Of a stretch of DNA of 54,490 bases, positions 17,062 to 26,185 are shown one piece after another. The notes beneath the pieces are model-generated. The model did not search any database, had not been told where the DNA came from, and saw only the letters and a list, made by a program, of their open reading frames with translations. The stretch lies in the NCBI GenBank assembly GCA_964394935.1, contig CAYMZN010000004.1, positions 1 through 54,490 on the forward strand. Reading direction: 5' to 3'. Origin of the DNA: an uncultured Candidatus Bathyarchaeia archaeon (GTDB lineage: Archaea; Thermoproteota; Bathyarchaeia; 40CM-2-53-6). Position 1 is the stretch's first letter. Each line of letters begins with the position of its first letter. The position numbers and the translations under genes are program-made.

Positions 17062-18177
17062 ATGCAAGGAAACGAGGCATGCGCGCTAGGCGCAGTTGCG
17101 GCAGGCTGCAGATTCTTCGCCTTCTACCCGATCACTCCTGCCGGCGAGATTGCTGAGAAGATGGCGCGGGTCCTTCCAAAGGCACGCGGTGTGTACATTC
17201 AGATGGAGGATGAAATCGCGGCAATCGGGAGCATAATCGGGGCCTCATGGACGGGCTTGAAGGCAATGACCGCGACTTCAGGCCCCGGATTCAGCCTCAT
17301 GCAGGAGAACATCGGATACGCAGTGATGACTGAGGCACCATGCGTGATCGTAGATGTTCAGCGGGCGGGTCCGAGCACCGGAATTGTCTCCGCTCCCATG
17401 CAAGGCGACGTGGTCCAGGCGAGGCATGGCAGCCACGGCGAGTATGACATCATCGCTCTTGCACCGTCCTCAGCTCAGGAAATGTTCGACATCACCATTC
17501 GCGCATTCAATCTCGCAGAAGAGTACAGGACGCCTGTGATCGTCCTCGCGGACGAGACTGTCGCTCACATGCGTGAAGAAGTTGTGATCCCCGAGGAAGG
17601 CTCTCTCACAATCATCAACAGAAAGATCCCGTCGAGCACCGAGGAAGCGTCTCGAGGATTCCTTAGCCCCTCAGTTGCCCCAATGCCGATCTTCGGGATG
17701 GGATTCGCAGCTCACGTGACCGGCTCGTCGCACGATGAATACGGAAAGCGGCAGGCAAGCGCGCCTGAGGCAATAGACAAGATCGTACGAACAATCAACG
17801 AGAAGATAAGACCACACACCAGAGAGATTTCAACAATAGAGAAAGTGATGTTGGACGACGCCGACATCGTAGTTGTCGCGTATGGAAGCTGCGCTAGGAC
17901 TGCGGAGCATGTTGTGAAAGAGGCGCGTGACAGAGGAGTGAGGGTCGGTCTCCTGAGGCCAATCGGCCTTTGGCCGTTTCCGGCAGAAGCAATGCAGGAA
18001 GCGCTCAAACGGGCTCGCCGAGTAATTGTGTTAGAGAACAATCTAGGCCAACTCTTTCCAGAGGTTGAGAGAATAGTGCCCGAGAGCGCGGAAACAATGT
18101 TCCTGCCTCCGCAAACCCTCGGAACCTTGCCCAGGCCGGACTACGTCCTGGGACATGTGATGACAGAGGCGAGTTAG
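17062..18177 (+). CDS. korA: 2-oxoacid:ferredoxin oxidoreductase alpha subunit
   Basis: 371 aa. The N-terminus MQGNEACALGAVAAGCRFFAFYPITPAGEI and SGPGFSLMQE are typical of the OFOR alpha subunit. Confidence 0.88.
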   Translation: MQGNEACALGAVAAGCRFFAFYPITPAGEIAEKMARVLPKARGVYIQMEDEIAAIGSIIGASWTGLKAMTATSGPGFSLMQENIGYAVMTEAPCVIVDVQRAGPSTGIVSAPMQGDVVQARHGSHGEYDIIALAPSSAQEMFDITIRAFNLAEEYRTPVIVLADETVAHMREEVVIPEEGSLTIINRKIPSSTEEASRGFLSPSVAPMPIFGMGFAAHVTGSSHDEYGKRQASAPEAIDKIVRTINEKIRPHTREISTIEKVMLDDADIVVVAYGSCARTAEHVVKEARDRGVRVGLLRPIGLWPFPAEAMQEALKRARRVIVLENNLGQLFPEVERIVPESAETMFLPPQTLGTLPRPDYVLGHVMTEAS

Positions 18178-18179
18178 CT

Positions 18180-19016
18180 TTGTCCGTTCAGATGGCGCAC
18201 CCATTATCGAGTTACATACGAAAAGGCGCCCAACCGCACACGCACTGTTCGGGCTGTGGCAACGGAATCATTGCTCAGTCCTTTCTGAGAGCCCTCCACG
18301 AGATTGGAATCGATAGGAAGAAAATCGTGTGTGTAGCGGGAATCGGATGCAGTGGTTGGATCCCTAGCCCATTCTTCGATGTTGATACCCTTCATGTGAC
18401 ACACGGGAGACCAATTGCGTTCGCTACAGGCGTGAAGCTTGGCAAGCCTGATCTAGAGGTTGTAGTTTTCACCGGCGACGGAGACGCCTCCGCGATCGGC
18501 GGCAATCACCTCATACACGCGGCCCGCAGAAACATCGGGGTGAAGGTGATCTGCGTGAACAACATGATCTACGGGATGACAGGTGGAGAGGTAGCACCCA
18601 CCACGCCACGAGGAATAAGGACGACGACCACCCCATTTGGGAACCTAGAGAGGCCGTTCGACCTCTCCAAACTCGTCATAGCCGCGGGAGGCACCTATGT
18701 CGCACGGTGGACCACCTACCACGTCGCCAGACTTGTTGCTTCAATGAAGAAGGCGTTGGTGAGGAAGGGCTTCGCCTTCGTTGAAGTCCTATCCCAATGT
18801 CCAGTCCACTACGGCCGTAGGATTGGTATCTCGAATCCTGTCGAGATGATGCGATGGTTCCAGAAACAGTCCGTTCCCGTTGAAAGAGCTCGTGAAATGA
18901 GTGAGCAAGAACTGGCTGGGAAGTTCGTTGTAGGGGAGTTCGTGAACATCGACGCACCAGAGCTCAGCCAACTGTACGCAGAGCTATTCGAGACGGCTAA
19001 CCGTGAATCGAACTGA
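18180..19016 (+). CDS. korB: 2-oxoacid:ferredoxin oxidoreductase beta subunit (TPP-binding)
   Basis: 278 aa with CSGCGNGI, the TPP motif GDGDASAIGGNH and NNMIYGMTGGE. An alternative ATG lies at 18192. Confidence 0.88.
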   Translation: MSVQMAHPLSSYIRKGAQPHTHCSGCGNGIIAQSFLRALHEIGIDRKKIVCVAGIGCSGWIPSPFFDVDTLHVTHGRPIAFATGVKLGKPDLEVVVFTGDGDASAIGGNHLIHAARRNIGVKVICVNNMIYGMTGGEVAPTTPRGIRTTTTPFGNLERPFDLSKLVIAAGGTYVARWTTYHVARLVASMKKALVRKGFAFVEVLSQCPVHYGRRIGISNPVEMMRWFQKQSVPVERAREMSEQELAGKFVVGEFVNIDAPELSQLYAELFETANRESN

Positions 19017-19563
19017 AGTCAGAATCGCGGGGTTCGGCGGCCAAGGCGTGATCTTAGCCGGCATAGTTCTAGGGCATGCCGCTGCAGTTTACGAAGGCAA
19101 GAAAGCAGTTCAGACGCAGTCCTATGGGGCTGAGGCGAGAGGTGGCGCAGCTCGCTCAGAGGTCGTTATTTCAAATCAGAAGATCGACTACCCAAAGGTC
19201 ATCTCGGCGGACATAACGATCGCGATTTCGCAAGAGTCGTTTGAGAAATATGGGACGAACGTGAAGCCTGGAAGCAAATTGTTCGTCGATGCGGACCTAG
19301 TGGCGAACATATCGACTGTTAAGGGAGGAACGATCTACTGTATTCCGGCAACGAAACTAGCCGCGAATGAATTCAAGAAGACGTTGGTTGCTAACATGGT
19401 TATGCTCGGAGCTGTGGCCGCGGTCACCAAGGTTGTGAAACTCGATAGTCTCAAGATGAGTATTGTAGAAGTGGCTCCCAAGGGATCGGTTGGCCTGAAC
19501 ACAAGAGCCCTAGAGCGGGGGTTCCAGTGGGCAGGTGCCAATCTCGCGACCGGCCCGAGTTGA
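19003..19563 (+). CDS. korC: 2-oxoacid:ferredoxin oxidoreductase gamma subunit
   Basis: 186 aa with RIAGFGGQGVILAG and QTQSYGAEARGG. The GTG start overlaps the korB end by 14 nt. Confidence 0.85.
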   Translation: MNRTEVRIAGFGGQGVILAGIVLGHAAAVYEGKKAVQTQSYGAEARGGAARSEVVISNQKIDYPKVISADITIAISQESFEKYGTNVKPGSKLFVDADLVANISTVKGGTIYCIPATKLAANEFKKTLVANMVMLGAVAAVTKVVKLDSLKMSIVEVAPKGSVGLNTRALERGFQWAGANLATGPS

Positions 19564-19569
19564 AAGCGG

Positions 19570-20529
19570 TTAGGTCCCTAGGGGTTGGATTCTCTGAGTC
19601 AGCTTCGGGACGACCTGGTATAGGTCTCCGACTATCCCATAGTCAGCTATCTTGAAGATCGGTGCTTCCTTATCCTTGTTAATCGCGACGATTAGTTTCG
19701 AACTCATGATTCCTACCGTATGCTGGATCTGTCCGGAGATTCCGATCGAAACGTGAAGTTTCGGCTTACATCTCTTGCCTGAGATTCCAACCATTCTGTC
19801 CTCTGAAATCCAGTGATAGTCGGACGAGAGTGCTCGGGTGCATCCCAGCTCCGCTTTCAGCAGTGCGGACAGCTCATTCACCATCGCCAGGTCCTCCTTG
19901 CTGGATAGTCCCTTTCCGACGCAGATCAGCCTCTCAGCTGATTCTATGTTGACTGACTCACCGATTTTCTTTCTGCGTTCGACCAATTGCACCCGAGGAG
20001 GTGGAACGTTTAATTCTACTTTTTCGACTATGCCCTGAACAGGTGCGGGCTGCGCTTCGAACGTTCTAGGCATGACCGAGATGACTTTCTTCTTCGTCCT
20101 GATGATTTCTGACGATATTGTGTTGCCTCCGAGAGCGTATCTGTCGACCACCAAATCCGACCCTTTCACGGTTAGATCGATCGCGTCCGTGATGCAACCG
20201 GCCTGAAGCTTCTGGGCTACACGTCCAGCGGTCTCCTTGCCGAGCCTCGTCGATCTGATCAATAGAATGTCCGCGCCATTCTCCTTGGCGATCTCGTGCA
20301 AGACGTTTGCGTACGTTTCCGCGTCAAGAGTTCCAATGCTGCTGTCTGGGACCAAGAGGGTTTTCTGTGCACCATACTCAAGATAGGACTGGATCTTCGT
20401 GTCATCCCTGTTGCCAAGGATAACTGCAGAAAGCTCCAGGTTCAGTTGTTTCGAGAGTTCACGGCCCTTTGTGAGGAGCTCGAAGGCGCCCTCATCAGTC
20501 TCCGAGGATACGATAAGCCGACCGATCAT
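19570..20529 (-). CDS. etfA: electron transfer flavoprotein alpha subunit (FixB-like)
   Basis: The start is set at the internal ATG (MIGRLIVSSE...), which forms an ATGA overlap with the etfB stop. The FAD-binding C-terminal region is GISGQIQHTVGIMSSKLIVAINKDKEAPIF. The 59-aa N-terminal extension in the ORF track is Arg/Ser-rich and looks non-coding. Confidence 0.85.
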   Translation of the reverse strand: MIGRLIVSSETDEGAFELLTKGRELSKQLNLELSAVILGNRDDTKIQSYLEYGAQKTLLVPDSSIGTLDAETYANVLHEIAKENGADILLIRSTRLGKETAGRVAQKLQAGCITDAIDLTVKGSDLVVDRYALGGNTISSEIIRTKKKVISVMPRTFEAQPAPVQGIVEKVELNVPPPRVQLVERRKKIGESVNIESAERLICVGKGLSSKEDLAMVNELSALLKAELGCTRALSSDYHWISEDRMVGISGKRCKPKLHVSIGISGQIQHTVGIMSSKLIVAINKDKEAPIFKIADYGIVGDLYQVVPKLTQRIQPLGT

Positions 20530-21311
20530 GGCAGAGCTCCCTCCTTTCGGAGAGCATCTACTAGTTTTCCAACCGCTTCGTCTACATCTCCCTCGAAGAA
20601 CACGCCTTTCCGCTCCTGCTGCGGTGCCAAGTTGCTGACGACTTGAATGGCGGACGACGCCGAGCCGACTGCACCCGGATCGATTCCAAGATCTTTCAGG
20701 GTCCACGACTTCAATGGCTTGCGCGAGGCTCGAAGGATCTGTGCTAGCGGTGCTCTTCGCGGCTTGTTGATCTCACTGGTCACCGAGACCACCGAGGGCA
20801 TCTCGGCCTTCACGACTTCAAGCGCGGCCTCCACGTCCCGGACCGCAGTAATAGTGTTGCCCCCTATGGAGAGCTCTCTCACGTAGGTGATCTGAGGGAT
20901 ATTGAGGATCTCCGCGATCCTTGAACCGATCTGGCCGGAGTAGTTGTCGGCCGAGCCTTCTCCGACCAGTATAAGATGGTATGGGGCGATCTTTTCGATC
21001 GCCCTGACCAATGTCCTTGCTGAGGCCGCTGTATCTGAACCTTCACACGCAGGATCGACGACTGTGCACGCTTCGTCAGCACCCATCGCGAGCGCTTCAA
21101 GGACGGTATCCTTGAGTTTGGCCGAGCCTACTGATAGAACGGTGACCTTTGCGCCGTGTTTCTCCTTTATCCTGACCGCCTCCTCAAGCGCATTCTTGTC
21201 CATGTCACCGTAGAGAACGGGTAGACCCTCCAGCACCGGCTCACGGGTGTCACGCTTGATTCGAATCTGTTGAAGGTCAACTACCTGTTTCATGCATGCT
21301 ATGACGTGCAT
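20526..21311 (-). CDS. etfB: electron transfer flavoprotein beta subunit (FixA-like)
   Basis: 261 aa. It has the typical EtfB N-terminus MHVIACMKQVVD, a GEGSADNYSGQIGSRIAEILNIPQITYV segment, and operon context. Confidence 0.85.
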   Translation of the reverse strand: MHVIACMKQVVDLQQIRIKRDTREPVLEGLPVLYGDMDKNALEEAVRIKEKHGAKVTVLSVGSAKLKDTVLEALAMGADEACTVVDPACEGSDTAASARTLVRAIEKIAPYHLILVGEGSADNYSGQIGSRIAEILNIPQITYVRELSIGGNTITAVRDVEAALEVVKAEMPSVVSVTSEINKPRRAPLAQILRASRKPLKSWTLKDLGIDPGAVGSASSAIQVVSNLAPQQERKGVFFEGDVDEAVGKLVDALRKEGALP

Positions 21312-21383
21312 TTATCGGTACCCCATTCAATTGCAGCTAGACCCGTTTCGCGACATGACTAGAAACACATGACTCTTTCCGTT

Positions 21384-21659
21384 TCAACTGAAACGGTACT
21401 GGACTCCGAAACCCGCCTTAGGATACTGCCAGCTCAGCGCCTCCTCGAGGCACGCAATGACACAGGCCCCGCATTCCAGGCACCCGTCTGGGTTCGGGTG
21501 CACATCGCCTCGTTCATCGAGCGAATACACCTTCGCTGGGCAGACGAAGAGGCAATACTTGGGCTCGCACTTCTCTCGGCAGACTTCCTGGTTTATCTTG
21601 ATATGTCCTTCCTTGTCGACCTTGAACACGTTTCGTCCGAGTTTCTCTTCCACCTTCAA
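21384..21659 (-). CDS. fixX: FixX ferredoxin-like protein
   Basis: 91 aa with the FixX-like Cys pattern CLFVCPAKVY ... CLECGACVIAC. It lies directly downstream of fixC. Confidence 0.8.
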   Translation of the reverse strand: MKVEEKLGRNVFKVDKEGHIKINQEVCREKCEPKYCLFVCPAKVYSLDERGDVHPNPDGCLECGACVIACLEEALSWQYPKAGFGVQYRFS

Positions 21660-21671
21660 CGTTCTGGCCTT

Positions 21672-22961
21672 CTATATCTTGAGCAGGTCAAGGGCGTCTT
21701 TCAAGGTTGACAGGTTAAGGAAGTTCTTTCTGATCTGCTTGAAGACGGTTGATGAAAGCTTCGGTTTGGGATCAGATCCAATGAACATCAGCTCCGTCAA
21801 GAGGGCACTGATCGCACGAGGATACCTCTCGAACAACCTCGGGTTGCTAAGCACGGTCCAAACATCTGCGAAAGTGTGAAGGTCTCTCATCACGAAAGAT
21901 TTTTTGAGCATCGTCTCATATGCGGCCAGCGATTGTGCGGAGTAGTTGTCCCGTTTCTTCGAGGCCTTGATGGTCTCGGCAGCCATCACCCCAGACGCGA
22001 TAGCGAGATCCATTCCCCTAACGATGATTCCCATGTTGAGCGCGAAGCCAGCCGCATCCCCGACTACCAGAATTCCGTCGCTGTACAATGTTGGTACAGA
22101 CTTTATTCCTCCTTCAGGAATCATGTGAGCGGAGTATTCGAGGGTGTCGCCGCCTTCAATTAGGACGGAGACCTCTGGACGTTGCTTGAACTCTTCCATC
22201 AACTGGAAGCTCTCAAGGTGTCGCATATCGGTCATCAGTGCTCCTATGCTGACCACAATGCCGAGAGAGATACTCTCCCGGTTAGTGTACAGGAATCCTC
22301 CGCCAGTCAAGCCCTTGCTGACGGTTCCAAAATAGAGCTGAGCCGCACCTTCGTCCCCATGAAGGTTGAACCTATCTTCGATCGTTTTCCTGGGCAGCTC
22401 GATCGTCTCTTTCATGCCGATAGCAAAATGTTCAGGCTCGTGCTTTCCACGCAGACCTGCTTCTTTGGCGATGAAAGACATCGCGCCGTCCGCCGCGACC
22501 ACGACGTTTGCAGCGATGTCTTCCCCCTCAGCGGTTATTCCAGCAAACTTCCCATTTTCGCGCAGCAGCCCCTCAACTTTGTATTTCGGTACCACCGTGG
22601 CGCCCGCTGCAGATGCCTTCTCGGCAAGCCACCTATCGAAGATGGGGCGGATGAGCGTGTAGCTGTGATACGGCGGCTTTGCGTAGGCATCTGAACGCAG
22701 CTCCACCATGACCGATGAATCATCTGACAACATAGTCAATCGTTCTTTTGCGACGTGCCTCTCGAAAGGCGCTTCATCCCAGATCTCCGCCAGGTACTGT
22801 CTGACCGGATTCATGTACAACCTGCCCCCGGTCACGTTCTTGCTGCCTGAGTAGTCGCCTCGCTCAACCACTAGCACGTCCAAGCCTGCCTTCGCGAGCG
22901 TATACGCACAGGATAAGCCCGCGAGGCCGGCCCCTATGATGGCTGCGTCCACCCGTTCCAC
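21672..22961 (-). CDS. fixC: FixC / ETF:quinone-oxidoreductase-like FAD-dependent oxidoreductase
   Basis: 429 aa with the dinucleotide-binding motif DAAIIGAGLAGLSCAY. It has FixC-type length and context (followed by fixX and etfBA). Confidence 0.85.
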   Translation of the reverse strand: MERVDAAIIGAGLAGLSCAYTLAKAGLDVLVVERGDYSGSKNVTGGRLYMNPVRQYLAEIWDEAPFERHVAKERLTMLSDDSSVMVELRSDAYAKPPYHSYTLIRPIFDRWLAEKASAAGATVVPKYKVEGLLRENGKFAGITAEGEDIAANVVVAADGAMSFIAKEAGLRGKHEPEHFAIGMKETIELPRKTIEDRFNLHGDEGAAQLYFGTVSKGLTGGGFLYTNRESISLGIVVSIGALMTDMRHLESFQLMEEFKQRPEVSVLIEGGDTLEYSAHMIPEGGIKSVPTLYSDGILVVGDAAGFALNMGIIVRGMDLAIASGVMAAETIKASKKRDNYSAQSLAAYETMLKKSFVMRDLHTFADVWTVLSNPRLFERYPRAISALLTELMFIGSDPKPKLSSTVFKQIRKNFLNLSTLKDALDLLKI

Positions 22962-23034
22962 ATTTGATCTCCAGATTGCACTCGAAGCTGTCCGCTATAT
23001 TGTGTTGTGAAAAATGAAGATGACTGAAAGGCCC

Positions 23035-24246
23035 TCAGCGGTAGGGGATCGCGACTTCTCCCATGAGCTCACGCGCGATGATGATCTTCATGATGTTTGC
23101 TCCGCCCTCTGCCCCAACCACGTAGGACATCAATCCCCTCATGCACATCTCGAGCGGGCTCTCCTTGCTGTAGCCGAGCGCGCCATGATACATCATCGCA
23201 TGCTTCACTATCTCAACTCCCAACAGAGGCGCTCTCAACTTGCAAATGGCGATTGTCTGATTGATCTCTTGGTTGGTGAAGCTTCCGTCCTTGTAGTGTT
23301 GATCGATCATCCAAGCTCCCTTAAGCACGAAATTCTTGACCATCTCTAGTTCAGCGAAGTCATCAGCGATCTCGAATGAGATCCCCTCGAACTTGGCAAG
23401 AGGCTTGCCGAATAGTACGCGGCGCTTCACGTAGTCAGCTCCAAGTTCCAGGCATTTCTCGGCCCCTCCGAGGCAGGCGCTTGCCACAAGCGTTCGGGCG
23501 ACATTGAAGCCTTCCATGTTTACGTAGAATCCTCTGTTCTCTTGACCGAGCACGTACTTCGTGGGAATCTTCACATCCTTGTAGGAGAAGCCGCCCGTGG
23601 ACAGCCCCATCCGGCCCATGTCCCTGAAGCTCGTGTACGAGATTCCAGGGAGCGTCGCCGGCACGTAGGCAAAGGTCATGCCTTTGGTGCCAAGTTCGGG
23701 TGCTGTCCGATAGAGAGTTAGGTGTCCGCCGCCTCTCTTGGTTGCCTCAATTACGCCACTAATGTATGTCTTCTCCCCGTTGATCACATACCCGTTCTCT
23801 ACTTTCTTCGCGGTGGTCTTGATGTTGGCTAGGTCTGATCCGCCGCCTGGTTCTGTGGTGGATATTCCGATGAACCATTTTCCAGCTGCCACGTTCGGGA
23901 GGAGTTCTTTCTTCAGCTCCTCCGAGCCGTGCCTCACAACCAAGTAGCTCCAGCCGAGATTCAGCAGCGTGTAGACCGGGAGCGACATCGACAGCTCGCC
24001 CCGAGCAATCTCGTGGACCGCAATTGTAGCATAGGCCATCTCTTCTCCCGGGCTTGCTGAACCTCCATATTCCTCAGGAATTGTGACGCCAAAGATCCCG
24101 AGCTCTACCATCTCCCCGATGATCTCCTCAGGGATACCCGCTTCCTTTTCGTCGATCTCACGTGTTCTGGGAAACAGCTTCTCCTCACAGAAGCTGCGTA
24201 CGGTCTTCCTGAACAGCTCCTGTTGAGGTGTTAGTCGGAAATCCAA
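23035..24246 (-). CDS. acyl-CoA dehydrogenase
   Basis: 403 aa with ACAD signatures GISTTEPGGGSDL and the C-terminal YEGGANIMKIIIAREL-like segment (GAEGGANIMKIIIAREL). It is the first gene of the acd-fixCX-etfBA operon. Confidence 0.88.
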   Translation of the reverse strand: MDFRLTPQQELFRKTVRSFCEEKLFPRTREIDEKEAGIPEEIIGEMVELGIFGVTIPEEYGGSASPGEEMAYATIAVHEIARGELSMSLPVYTLLNLGWSYLVVRHGSEELKKELLPNVAAGKWFIGISTTEPGGGSDLANIKTTAKKVENGYVINGEKTYISGVIEATKRGGGHLTLYRTAPELGTKGMTFAYVPATLPGISYTSFRDMGRMGLSTGGFSYKDVKIPTKYVLGQENRGFYVNMEGFNVARTLVASACLGGAEKCLELGADYVKRRVLFGKPLAKFEGISFEIADDFAELEMVKNFVLKGAWMIDQHYKDGSFTNQEINQTIAICKLRAPLLGVEIVKHAMMYHGALGYSKESPLEMCMRGLMSYVVGAEGGANIMKIIIARELMGEVAIPYR

Positions 24247-24316
24247 ACATCTTCCTCCATTCTATTCTCCGTATCGAAAGGGTGACCTCTGAGTCATATT
24301 TGGCTGTTCCGTGGGC

Positions 24317-24376
24317 TTGATCGATGAAAGCGATACGATCAAAGGCGCGAACAGAAGCCTAGACTGATCTTGATCA
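24317..24376. promoter_or_regulatory. cluster of TTGATC/GATCAA half-sites (hairpin plus palindrome) in the intergenic region upstream of the acyl-CoA dehydrogenase operon
   Basis: TTGATCG (24317-24323) pairs with CGATCAA (24336-24342) across a 12-nt loop. TGATC-TT-GATCA is at 24365-24376. That makes four copies of the same hexamer within 60 nt. Confidence 0.25.
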
Positions 24377-24419
24377 GTTCATCACTCTTGCGTGCAGCAC
24401 AATGGCCTACGGGCTGGAA

Positions 24420-25793
24420 TCAAAGTACCACTGCTATTGCGATGTCGTTTACGTTCGTGTTGGTTCTTCCGGTCATCACGAGGTCCTTGAGTGGCAAGAA
24501 GAATCTGTAGGAGTCATTCTGGTTCAGTAGCTCATCGAACCTAAGGTTGAGCTTTTCAGATCGAGAAACAGTCATTCCATCCACGACGGCGCCTGCGGCG
24601 TCTGTTGGGCCATCTATCCCATCAGTTCCAATTGATGCCATTGCAGCTCCTCTCAGACCCTGAATTTCCCTTGCACACCCCATTGCACATTCTTGATTTC
24701 TTCCCCCAAGTCCGGAACCTGTGACCGTAACGGTTGTCTCCCCTCCCAAGAGGAGCGCGCATGGCTTTCTGAAGGGCTGGTTGGATGTAGCTAGGTGCCT
24801 CGCCAGGGAACCGATGAACGATCCCAAGTGCCGGGCCTCTCCCGTGACGGACGAGCTTAGGACCTTAGCCTTGATTCTCCGAGACCGCAGGTGCTCCTGC
24901 GCGGAAGTGCATGCGTCTCTGTTGCTTCCCACGATATGATAACGAACTCTGCGGAAGCACGGATCATTGACCTTCGGGGTTTCAGAAATCCGCCCATCTG
25001 CCCCGTCACGCAGGATTCCCACCACAACCTTGGGTATCGATTCCCATAGGTTGTACTTCTTCAGGACTGCAATCGCATCTGAGAAAGTCGTTCTGTCGGG
25101 TGAAATCGGTCCTGAGGCGATCGAGTCAGGCCTGTCTCCAACCACGTCGGAAATCGCTAGGCCGAGAATCTTTCCCGCCGCTGACCGTTTCGCGAGCCAG
25201 CCTCCCTTTATCGCAGACAGGTGCTTTCGGACGGTGTTAAGCTCCACTATCGTCGCACCTGCGTTCATGAGCAGTCCTGCAACTCGTCCCTTGTCTTTGA
25301 TCGTCAGGGGCTCAACTGGAAGCGAGAGGAGCGCCGAGCCGCCCCCGGATACGATGCAGATGAGAAGATCACGGCTGGTGAGGTTCTCCACAAGGTTGGC
25401 GAGTTCCCTCGCGGCGCTTACACTATTCTCGTCAGGAGTGGGGTGGGACGCGAGAACGGATTTCACCTGTCTCAGCCTTGGCAAACGCTGGCTGGTCGGG
25501 ACTACGACCAAGCCTCCATCTAGTTGATTTCCCAGGATCTCTTCAAGCGCCTCTGCCATCGCTCCTGAGGCCTTTCCGGCACCCGCGACATAGATGGATT
25601 CGTACTTGGCAAGTCTGGTGATCTCGCCGTTCACGAGAAGGTTGTCTCCATGTTTCTTGACGTGTCGCGGGACGAGCTTGCGTGGGTCAACAGAGGCCAG
25701 TGCGAACTCTAGGGTTTCGATGAGAAGCCGTCGTGCCCGCCGTCCTTGATAGTCAGAGCTGTTCTCGATCAGTTGAGCCTTGTTCAGGATCAA
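24420..25793 (-). CDS. glycerate 2-kinase (DUF4147/MOFRL family)
   Basis: 457 aa with YVAGAGKASGAMAEALEEILG, IVSGGGSALL, LLGGETTVTVTGSGLGGRNQE and SIGTDGIDGPTDAAGA. These are typical of MOFRL-family glycerate kinases. Confidence 0.8.
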   Translation of the reverse strand: MILNKAQLIENSSDYQGRRARRLLIETLEFALASVDPRKLVPRHVKKHGDNLLVNGEITRLAKYESIYVAGAGKASGAMAEALEEILGNQLDGGLVVVPTSQRLPRLRQVKSVLASHPTPDENSVSAARELANLVENLTSRDLLICIVSGGGSALLSLPVEPLTIKDKGRVAGLLMNAGATIVELNTVRKHLSAIKGGWLAKRSAAGKILGLAISDVVGDRPDSIASGPISPDRTTFSDAIAVLKKYNLWESIPKVVVGILRDGADGRISETPKVNDPCFRRVRYHIVGSNRDACTSAQEHLRSRRIKAKVLSSSVTGEARHLGSFIGSLARHLATSNQPFRKPCALLLGGETTVTVTGSGLGGRNQECAMGCAREIQGLRGAAMASIGTDGIDGPTDAAGAVVDGMTVSRSEKLNLRFDELLNQNDSYRFFLPLKDLVMTGRTNTNVNDIAIAVVL

Positions 25794-25957
25794 GTTGGCT
25801 CCAGAGAGAAGACACCTAGTGTAATGTGCTTATGACTCTTGGCTGTAGGAGGCATGCAGGAGACCGTACCAGGATACGCCCAAGCGGTCAGGATCTAGAA
25901 GGGCTTCGCTGACCCCGCCGACTCAGAAAAACGGAGAACGAAGCCTCTGCTCAACTA

Positions 25958-26158
25958 TTAGGGGCCTGGTGAAGGACCTGAAGAAGGAGTACCCCCAGGT
26001 GCGGCCTCCGGAGCAGGGGTAGGTGCCGTCTCAGCAGCCGGAGCTGGAGCTGGCGCCGGAGCAGGTTTAGGTTTAGGCTTGGCAACACGTTTCTTAGCCG
26101 CTTTTCTAGCCTTCTTCTTCATCGCCTTCTTTTTCTTCTTCGCCAAAAGCAAATTCAC
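25958..26158 (-). CDS. small, highly basic Lys-rich protein with a (Lys-Pro)3(Ala-Pro)4 and Ala/Pro/Gly/Ser-rich tail; function unknown
   Basis: 66-aa ORF (GTG start; internal ATG at 26122): MNLLLAKKKKKAMKKKARKAAKKRVAKPKPKPAPAPAPAPAAETAPTPAPEAAPGGTPSSGPSPGP. A TTATTA element lies about 30 nt upstream on the coding strand, and a T5 run (plus 25926-25930) follows the stop. It is the only plausible ORF in a 718-nt gap. Confidence 0.35.
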   Translation of the reverse strand: MNLLLAKKKKKAMKKKARKAAKKRVAKPKPKPAPAPAPAPAAETAPTPAPEAAPGGTPSSGPSPGP

Positions 26159-26185
26159 CGAGATAATCTTCGGGCTCTGGAAACC

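Noticed and set aside
20530-20706. 59-codon N-terminal extension of the etfA ORF in the ORF track
   Set aside because: The extension overlaps the etfB coding end, is Arg/Ser/Gly-rich, and precedes an ATG that forms a clean ATGA overlap with the etfB stop. The shorter gene was adopted.
26038-26080. Short tandem DNA repeats (ggagct/ggagca hexamers; gtttag x2), considered as a possible CRISPR or satellite
   Set aside because: The period is only 6 nt and the total length about 40 nt, with no spacer architecture. The repeats are explained as coding (Ala-Pro)n/(Lys-Pro)n low-complexity sequence.
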